In this document: one piece after another, positions 57,144 to 64,000 of the stretch | Numbering within the stretch: position 1 is the stretch's first letter | Layout: every line of letters begins with the position of its first letter | Source: an uncultured Clostridia bacterium | Lineage (GTDB): Bacteria > Bacillota > Clostridia > TANB77 > CAG-508 | Assembly: GCA_904387305.1 (NCBI GenBank) | Contig: CAJFLB010000003.1 | Location: 1,169-65,168 of the forward strand | Direction of reading: 5' to 3' | Length of the DNA: 64,000 nt | Program-made: the position numbers and the translations under genes | Notes under the pieces: model-generated | Told to the model about the DNA's origin: nothing | Seen by the model: the letters and a program-made list of their open reading frames with translations, nothing else | Databases searched by the model: none

Positions 57144-58598
57144 ATGTCTAACGTGAAAAAAAATTTAGTTTATAATTCAATATATCAAATAGCTATTATG
57201 ATATTACCATTGATAACAGCTCCGTATATTTCAAGGGTTATTGGAGCAGAAGGTGTTGGAATATATTCATATAATTATTCTGTGGCATTATATTTTGTAT
57301 ATTTTGCAACATTAGGAATAGTGAATTATGGGAATAGAATGATATCTAAATCTTCTGACAATGAAGATGAAAAGAATAAATACTTTTCAAGTATTTATTC
57401 TTTTCAAGTAATTGTTTCATGTATGGTATTTTTGATTTATTTATTATATATAGTATTTTTTGTAGACACAGATAAAACTATTCCGTTAATAATGATTTTT
57501 CATGTGTGCTCATCTATTTTTGATGTATCTTGGTTTTTCTTTGGAATGCAAGAATTTAAAATAACGTCTATTAGACAATTAATTATACGAATAGTAACAT
57601 TTTTATCAATATTTATATTTGTAAAGAACAGTTCTGATTTATGGATATATACGCTTATTATGAGTTTAGGATATTTTATTTCTGCACTAACATTATGGAT
57701 TATAGTTTGGAAAAAGGTAAAATGGATAAAAACTACAAGGAAAGAAATTTTAAAACATCTAAAACCTTGTATAATATTATTTATTCCTGTAATAGCTACA
57801 AGTGTATATAGAATTATGGATAAGATAATGATAGGCAATATTTGTGATATGAAACAAGTAGGATATTATGAAAATGCTGAAAAGTTAATTTTAGTCACCT
57901 TAGGGATAATTGGTGCTTTTGCAACAGTTATAATGCCTAAGATTTCTAATCTACTCGCAAATAAAAAGTTGGTAGAAGCTAATAATTTATTTGATAAATC
58001 AATGGAATATTCTTTACTTATAGGGATGGCAATTGCTTTTGGGATAGCTTCTACATCAAATGAATTTATTCCCATATTTTTTGGAGAAGAATTTAAACCA
58101 AGTATCAATATATCTATTGCACTATGTTTAACAGTGCCATTTATAACGTGGTCTACAATAGTAAGAAATTTATATTTAATACCATATGAAAAAGATTTTA
58201 TTTATGTTAAATCTGTTATTATAGGAGCTTTGTTAAACATAATAATGAATTTTATATTTATTCCAAAATTTGGCGCTTTTGGAGCAATTTTTGGTACATG
58301 GTGTGCAGAGATATCTTTAGCAGTATATCAGACTTTTAAAGTTAGAAAACAGTTACGACTAAAAAAGTATTTGCAGGAATTTTTTATTTTTGCTGTCTTC
58401 GGAACAATCATGTATATTATTGTAAGGCAAATAAGTGGGGTATTTACAGAAGATATAATAAATTTAGTATTTGAAATTATGATAGGAGCTTTTGTATATA
58501 TTCTATTATCAATTGTATATTTAATATATACTAACAATTTGGATTTTAAGAACATATTAATCAAAGCTAAAATCATAAAAGGAGAAAATAACATATGA
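57144..58598 (+). CDS. wzx: Wzx-type oligosaccharide flippase (MOP superfamily)
   Basis: 484 aa, about 12-14 TM segments, PLITAPYISRVIGAEGVG N-terminal motif. Confidence 0.8.
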   Translation: MSNVKKNLVYNSIYQIAIMILPLITAPYISRVIGAEGVGIYSYNYSVALYFVYFATLGIVNYGNRMISKSSDNEDEKNKYFSSIYSFQVIVSCMVFLIYLLYIVFFVDTDKTIPLIMIFHVCSSIFDVSWFFFGMQEFKITSIRQLIIRIVTFLSIFIFVKNSSDLWIYTLIMSLGYFISALTLWIIVWKKVKWIKTTRKEILKHLKPCIILFIPVIATSVYRIMDKIMIGNICDMKQVGYYENAEKLILVTLGIIGAFATVIMPKISNLLANKKLVEANNLFDKSMEYSLLIGMAIAFGIASTSNEFIPIFFGEEFKPSINISIALCLTVPFITWSTIVRNLYLIPYEKDFIYVKSVIIGALLNIIMNFIFIPKFGAFGAIFGTWCAEISLAVYQTFKVRKQLRLKKYLQEFFIFAVFGTIMYIIVRQISGVFTEDIINLVFEIMIGAFVYILLSIVYLIYTNNLDFKNILIKAKIIKGENNI

Positions 58599-59869
58599 AA
58601 ATCATAATAAGTTTAATGCTATTTGTAATTCTCTTTCAAGGGATAAAATTGAACATTCCTGAAATTCCATTTTTATCTTATATAGATGAAATTTTTATTG
58701 TCATATGTCTAATTTTAGCATTAAAGAGAATAATAAAATCTGGAACAATAAACAAAAATTCATTTAAAATTTTATTAGCATTAATGGTTTTTATAATATT
58801 AGGGAGTTTATCATGTGTACTAAATAGTCAATTTGACATAAAAAGTCTAATGGTTAGTACGTTTTTATCAGTGAAATTTTGGCTTTTAATATTTGCATTA
58901 GAAAATATTAAATTGTCAGAAGGATTAAAAGAATCTATTATAAAGGTTATTTTTATTGTAGAAAAAATAGCTATTGTAATTGCGATATTTAATCTATTTT
59001 TTACAGAAACATATCTAAATTATTTTTCATTTGATGAAAGTTATTATAGGTTTGGGATGATATCTATAACATCATGTTTTAATCATCCTGCTACATTTGG
59101 TTGGTTTATGCTTTTTTGTGCAATGCTTAGGTTTTCTATATTTTATTATGAAAAGCAACAAAAGGATGCAATAATAGGAGTTATAGATATTTTATTTTCA
59201 TTACTTTCTTTAAGAACAAAAGTATTTATTAGTGTAATTGTTTGTATTATATTTTATGTATTATATATTAATAGAAAAAATATAAAAAAAATAATAAAAA
59301 AACTTCCTATTTTGCTGCTAATTAGTATCTTAATTTTGTTTTTGTTTAAAGATATAATTATAAATACATATGACTTATATTTTTTAGGAAACCAAGGAGA
59401 AACAGCCAGACAAGTATTAGATGAAACAGGAAAAGAAATTTTGAAAGATTATTTTCCAATAGGAGTGGGATTTGGAAAATTTGGTACATATTATGCAGCT
59501 CTAAATTATAGTGAATATTATTATATATATGGTATAAGTGATGTATATGGTTTGACTAAAGATGATCCTAAATATAGTATGGATACTTTTTGGCCAGCAA
59601 TAATGGGAGAAACAGGATTTTTAGGATTAATAGTATATATCTATTTAGTTGTATCTATATTTAAACAGTTATTCAAATATATAAATTTAGGAGAAAAAAG
59701 ACCAAATGTTGATAAGATATATAATTTGACAAGTATATTAATATTTATTCAATTTGTTGTAGAATCTTTTGGAGAAGCTACGTTTAATACAAGTCCACAA
59801 AATATATTGGTTGCAATTTTTATAGGGATATCGTTAAATACTTATAATAAAAAGAAAGAAGAGGAATAA
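58595..59869 (+). CDS. wzy: Wzy-type polymerase / O-antigen ligase-like membrane protein
   Basis: 424 aa polytopic protein with a large loop (GNQGETARQ..GVGFGKFG); start overlaps the wzx stop. Confidence 0.65.
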   Translation: MKIIISLMLFVILFQGIKLNIPEIPFLSYIDEIFIVICLILALKRIIKSGTINKNSFKILLALMVFIILGSLSCVLNSQFDIKSLMVSTFLSVKFWLLIFALENIKLSEGLKESIIKVIFIVEKIAIVIAIFNLFFTETYLNYFSFDESYYRFGMISITSCFNHPATFGWFMLFCAMLRFSIFYYEKQQKDAIIGVIDILFSLLSLRTKVFISVIVCIIFYVLYINRKNIKKIIKKLPILLLISILILFLFKDIIINTYDLYFLGNQGETARQVLDETGKEILKDYFPIGVGFGKFGTYYAALNYSEYYYIYGISDVYGLTKDDPKYSMDTFWPAIMGETGFLGLIVYIYLVVSIFKQLFKYINLGEKRPNVDKIYNLTSILIFIQFVVESFGEATFNTSPQNILVAIFIGISLNTYNKKKEEE

Positions 59870-59871
59870 AT

Positions 59872-60402
59872 ATGTTGTCTAATATAATTAAAGAAATGAA
59901 ATTAAAAAGATTACAAAGAAAAGGTTTAGTAGTTGGAAAAAATATAAATATAGAAAAAGGAGTCATTATAGATTCATCTATTCCATTTTTAATTGAGATT
60001 GGTAATAATGTAACATTAGCTCCATATGTACATATCTTAGCACATGATGCAAGCACTAAAATAGTATTAGGATATAGCAAAATTGGTAAAGTTATAATAG
60101 GTGATAATGTATTTATTGGTGCTAAATCGATAGTTTTACCAAATGTAAAAATAGGCAATAATGTAGTAATCGGTGCGGGAACAATTGTTTCGAAAGATAT
60201 ACCAGACAATTCAGTAGTAGTTGGAAATCCAGGAAAAAAGATAATGGATATTGAGACTTTTAAAAATAAACATGAAAGTAATATGAAAAAGAACATATTT
60301 ATTCGTAAAGAAGTGAAAAATAAGAAAGTAATAGATAGCAAGTTAAAAAAAGAAATAATGAGTAAGCTAGAACAACATTCTAAAATAGGGTATATAGATT
60401 AA
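59872..60402 (+). CDS. Hexapeptide-repeat O-acetyltransferase (Maa/WbbJ-like)
   Basis: IGNNVTLAP, IGDNVFIGAKS, IGNNVVIGAGT, VVVGNPGK. Confidence 0.8.
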   Translation: MLSNIIKEMKLKRLQRKGLVVGKNINIEKGVIIDSSIPFLIEIGNNVTLAPYVHILAHDASTKIVLGYSKIGKVIIGDNVFIGAKSIVLPNVKIGNNVVIGAGTIVSKDIPDNSVVVGNPGKKIMDIETFKNKHESNMKKNIFIRKEVKNKKVIDSKLKKEIMSKLEQHSKIGYID

Positions 60403-60417
60403 GGAAGGTTTTTCTAA

Positions 60418-60867
60418 ATGAATGTAAATAAATTGTTAAAATTAAGATGTAAGAATAAAATAATTGGTAAATTGATAGAAAAGTTAATCAGAAACCAGGG
60501 ATGTTTTTTGCCTAGAAGTGTAAAAATAGGAAAAAATGTTCAGTTTTCGCACAACGGGTTTGGCACAGTGGTGCATCCTAATACAATTATTGAAGATAAT
60601 GTTAGAATATATCAAAATGTAACTATTGGAAGGGCTGATATATGGAATAGTATTGAAAATAGCGAAATGGAAGGAATAATAATAAGTCAGGGAGCTATTA
60701 TTTGTGCTGGTGCAAAAATTTTATGCAAAAGAGGCAAATTAGTAATAGGAAGAAATTCAATTGTTGGTGCTAATGCAGTTGTTACAAAAAGTATTGGTGA
60801 TAATGAAATTTGGGCAGGTATACCAGCTAAAAAAATAAAAAATAGGAATAATACATGTTCTAACTAA
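60418..60867 (+). CDS. Hexapeptide-repeat acetyltransferase (serine acetyltransferase-like)
   Basis: IGKNVQFSHNGFGTVVHPN, VTIGRA, ICAGAKIL, VGANAVV, WAGIPAK. Confidence 0.75.
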   Translation: MNVNKLLKLRCKNKIIGKLIEKLIRNQGCFLPRSVKIGKNVQFSHNGFGTVVHPNTIIEDNVRIYQNVTIGRADIWNSIENSEMEGIIISQGAIICAGAKILCKRGKLVIGRNSIVGANAVVTKSIGDNEIWAGIPAKKIKNRNNTCSN

Positions 60868-60899
60868 AGTAAATAAAAAATAGAAAGAAGGGGAGTTTT

Positions 60900-62066
60900 T
60901 TGAAAATTGCAGTAGCAGGAACAGGATATGTTGGATTATCAATAGCGACATTATTAAGTCAAAAAAATGAAGTAATGGCATTAGATATCATACCAGAAAA
61001 AGTAGAGATGATAAATAAGAGAATATCACCAATAAAAGATAAAGAAATAGAAGAATTTTTTAAAAATAAAGAATTAAATTTAAAAGCAACTCTAGATTAT
61101 AAAGAGGCTTTTGAAGGTGCAGAATTTATTGTTATTAGTACACCTACTAATTATGATGATGAAAAAAATCATTTTGATACATCAAGTGTAGAAGATATCA
61201 TACAAAAAGTAATCAGTATGAATATTAATACAACAATGGTAGTAAAATCTACGATACCAGTTGGATTTATAGAAAATATGAAGCAAAAATACAATATAGA
61301 TAATATTATGTTTTCACCAGAATTCTTAAGAGAAGGAAAAGCTTTATATGATAATCTTTATCCATCTAGAATTATTGTAGGTGAAAAAAGTGAAAGAGCA
61401 AAAAAATTTGCAAACCTTTTGAAAGAATCAGCATTAAAAGATGATATAGAAGTAAAGTTCATGAATTCAACAGAAGCAGAGGCTGTAAAATTATTTGCAA
61501 ATACATATCTTGCATTGAGAGTAGCATATTTTAATGAATTAGACACATATGCTGAGATTAAAGGATTAAATACTAAAGATATAATAGAGGGGGTATGTCT
61601 CGACCCAAGAATCGGAAATCACTATAACAATCCATCTTTTGGTTATGGAGGATATTGTTTGCCAAAAGATACAAAACAATTATTAGCTAATTATGATAAT
61701 GTACCTCAAAATTTAATAAGGGCGATTGTAAGATCTAACCGAACTAGAAAAAAACATGTTACAGAAATGGTTATGCGAAGAAATCCAGATGTAGTGGGAA
61801 TATATAGATTAACTATGAAAAAAGATTCCGATAATTTTAGAGCAAGTGCAATTCAAGAAATAATTGATAGATTAAAACTTGAAGGTGTAGAAGTTATTAT
61901 TTATGAACCAACATTAGAGAAGTCAACGTTTAATGAGTGTAAAGTGATAAATGATTATGAAAAATTTTGTAAAATTTCTGATGTGGTTTTAGCAAATAGA
62001 TATGAAGATAAATTAAGTTCAATCAAAGATAAAGTGTATACAAGAGATTTATTTGCAAGAGATTAA
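60900..62066 (+). CDS. ugd: UDP-glucose 6-dehydrogenase
   Basis: TTG start after gaaggggag; [14 protein letters not shown] Rossmann, [17 protein letters not shown] catalytic Cys. Confidence 0.92.
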   Translation: MKIAVAGTGYVGLSIATLLSQKNEVMALDIIPEKVEMINKRISPIKDKEIEEFFKNKELNLKATLDYKEAFEGAEFIVISTPTNYDDEKNHFDTSSVEDIIQKVISMNINTTMVVKSTIPVGFIENMKQKYNIDNIMFSPEFLREGKALYDNLYPSRIIVGEKSERAKKFANLLKESALKDDIEVKFMNSTEAEAVKLFANTYLALRVAYFNELDTYAEIKGLNTKDIIEGVCLDPRIGNHYNNPSFGYGGYCLPKDTKQLLANYDNVPQNLIRAIVRSNRTRKKHVTEMVMRRNPDVVGIYRLTMKKDSDNFRASAIQEIIDRLKLEGVEVIIYEPTLEKSTFNECKVINDYEKFCKISDVVLANRYEDKLSSIKDKVYTRDLFARD

Positions 62067-62254
62067 AAAAATAATGACATAAAAAGTCATAAATTAACAA
62101 GAGGACTAAAAACATATTAACATAGCATATTTAAAGAAAAGAACTTAGAATGACAAACCTTTTTTTCTCTAAAATATTGCAAAAAAACACATAAAAATGT
62201 ATACTAATAAAGTAAAAATCAAAAGACAAAAAATGAAAAATAAAAGGAGGAAAT

Positions 62255-62980
62255 ATGGAAGAAATAGACTTAAAAGAATTATTCGAAATGTTTTGGCATA
62301 AAAAAGCACAAATCATATTAATCATATTAATATTTATGGTATTAGGTGTGATATATTCTGTAGGATTTGTAACTCCAATGTATAGTTCATCAACAACCTT
62401 GGTATTAGCAGGAACATCAAGTAGTGCGGATGAAAATCAAGTTTCAGAAACCATAACAACAGCAGATTTAACAATTAACTCAAAATTAGTGGCTACATAT
62501 AGTGAATTAGTAAAAAGTAAAAATATATTAGGACAAGTTATTTCAAATTTAGGTATAAACGTAAATGAAGAACAACTAAGACAGAATGTGCAAGTTACTT
62601 CAGTAGAAGATACAGAATTAATAGAAATAACCGTTTCTAATGAAAATCCAGAATATGCAGCTAAAATTGCAAATGAGATTGCAAAAGTATTTGAAGAAAA
62701 AATTGCAAAAGAAATATATAATATCAATAATGTACATATTGTAGACGAGGCAACTCCAGAAACAGAACCTTCTAATGTGAATCATGTAAAAGATATTGTC
62801 ATCTTTGCATTTATCGGTGCAGTTGTTGCTATTATGTATGTATTAATTGCCAATATGCTAGATACAACTGTAAAAACACAAGAAGATATAGAAAAGAGTA
62901 TAAAAATACCTGTATTAGCATCAATTCCAATGTATGATATGGAAATGGAAAAACTAAAGAAAAAAGGAGGTAGAAGATAA
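62255..62980 (+). CDS. Wzz/CpsC-type chain-length regulator (tyrosine-kinase transmembrane modulator)
   Basis: Two TMs flanking an extracellular domain; PMYSSSTTLVL; RBS aaaaggagg. Confidence 0.85.
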   Translation: MEEIDLKELFEMFWHKKAQIILIILIFMVLGVIYSVGFVTPMYSSSTTLVLAGTSSSADENQVSETITTADLTINSKLVATYSELVKSKNILGQVISNLGINVNEEQLRQNVQVTSVEDTELIEITVSNENPEYAAKIANEIAKVFEEKIAKEIYNINNVHIVDEATPETEPSNVNHVKDIVIFAFIGAVVAIMYVLIANMLDTTVKTQEDIEKSIKIPVLASIPMYDMEMEKLKKKGGRR

Positions 62981-63981
62981 TGAAAAAAGAATTAATTGCA
63001 CATAGAGATCCAAAATCTCCTGTTTCAGAAGTTTTTAGAACATTAAGAACCAATATTCAATTTATGAATACGAATAACAAATTAAAAACATTATTAGTTA
63101 CATCTACATTACCTGGGGAAGGAAAAAGTTGGGTAACAGCCAATTTAGCAGTTACATTTGCACAAGCAGGGAAAAAAGTTATATTGGTTGATGCAGATAT
63201 GAGAAAAGGAAGACAATATACGATTTTTGAAGTTTCTCCAAGACCAGGACTTTCTAACTATTTATCAGGATTTGATAGTAGCACAGGTAATGAGATATCA
63301 GATGATTTAGCAGATTATATACAAGATACACAAGTTCCAAATTTGTATATCATACCAGCAGGAAATATACCACCAAATCCATCAGAGTTATTAATTTCAA
63401 CAAAAATGATAAGTTTATTAGACAGATTAAAAGAATTATGTGATATTGTTATTGTTGATGGTACACCTTGTGAATTGGTAACAGATTCTATTATTCTTTC
63501 AAGAATAGTTGATTCTACAGTAATTGTAACAGCACATAAACAAACCAAAAAAGATGATTTGCAAAAGATTGTTACCAATATTCAAAATGTCGGAGGGAAA
63601 ATTGCAGGAATCGTATTAAATAAAATACCAGTATCTGTTAAAAAATATGAGCAATCATATTATTATGGTTCAACAGCTATGACAGCTCCAAGACCAAGAA
63701 ACACAAGATCTTCGCCAAGTAGCAGATCAACAAGTAGAACAACTAGCGTACAAACTAAAAGGGAAGAGATGAAAAGAAGAGTGAGACCAGAAAATCCACA
63801 AGCTAATAGATATGACCAAGAAATGAATCACAATCAAAATGAAGAACAACCAAAATCATTAGAAAACAACATAAAAATAGAAAGTTCTGAAAATATTTCC
63901 CTTGAAAAGACAACAGATATATTAAATCAAATTAATGCATATTTAGATGAAGAAAAAAAGAATTTAAGTAATAAATCATAA
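62980..63981 (+). CDS. BY-kinase (CpsD/CapB-type tyrosine autokinase) with a long Ser/Arg/Thr-rich C-terminal extension
   Basis: Walker A TSTLPGEGKS, A' VILVDADMRK, B VIVDGTP, tyrosine patch YEQSYYYG, then about 110 extra low-complexity residues. Confidence 0.88.
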   Translation: MKKELIAHRDPKSPVSEVFRTLRTNIQFMNTNNKLKTLLVTSTLPGEGKSWVTANLAVTFAQAGKKVILVDADMRKGRQYTIFEVSPRPGLSNYLSGFDSSTGNEISDDLADYIQDTQVPNLYIIPAGNIPPNPSELLISTKMISLLDRLKELCDIVIVDGTPCELVTDSIILSRIVDSTVIVTAHKQTKKDDLQKIVTNIQNVGGKIAGIVLNKIPVSVKKYEQSYYYGSTAMTAPRPRNTRSSPSSRSTSRTTSVQTKREEMKRRVRPENPQANRYDQEMNHNQNEEQPKSLENNIKIESSENISLEKTTDILNQINAYLDEEKKNLSNKS

Positions 63982-64000
63982 AAAAATATTTTGTACCCCT

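Overview
AT-rich chromosomal segment (roughly 30% GC by eye) from an endospore-forming Firmicute, Clostridia-like (spoIVA, spoVAC/D/E, whiA present). No rRNA, tRNA, CRISPR array, transposase, integrase or phage genes were found. Most of the window is housekeeping: rlmN, ligA, folD, dprA, prmC, whiA, hemW, infC-rpmI-rplT, rsmB, ftsEX, ctp, pgsA, greA, deoD, argS. Two segments look accessory. (1) About 3.6-9.2 kb, between rlmN and spoIVA: an orphan 367-aa protein, an HTH-STAND-TPR NTPase, and a divergently transcribed pair made of a very diverged RtcB-like protein and a histidine-phosphatase-fold protein lacking its second catalytic His. This is my best candidate for an undescribed sensor-plus-RNA-end-processing module. 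(2) About 50.7-64 kb: a Wzx/Wzy-type exopolysaccharide locus (LCP, VanZ, priming phosphoglycosyltransferase, Alg14/Alg13-like split GT, TupA-like ATP-grasp, CEOS-like opine synthase, GT4, flippase, polymerase, two acetyltransferases, ugd, Wzz, BY-kinase). Its gene content predicts an amino-acid-amidated, carboxyethylated uronic acid polymer. Other points: a dispersed family of GC-rich nested-hairpin inverted repeats (GGGAC/GTCCC, CCAATTGG words) sits exactly in gene junctions, including inside the spoVA operon. spoVAD and spoVAE each carry an apparent +1 frameshift. Three tandem coiled-coil M23 peptidase paralogues follow ftsEX. One gene contains 11 tandem 21-bp FEQIDKR repeats. A GC-rich, apparently structured non-coding island lies upstream of prmC. 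All coordinates, stem lengths and motif positions were counted by hand; no database search was possible.
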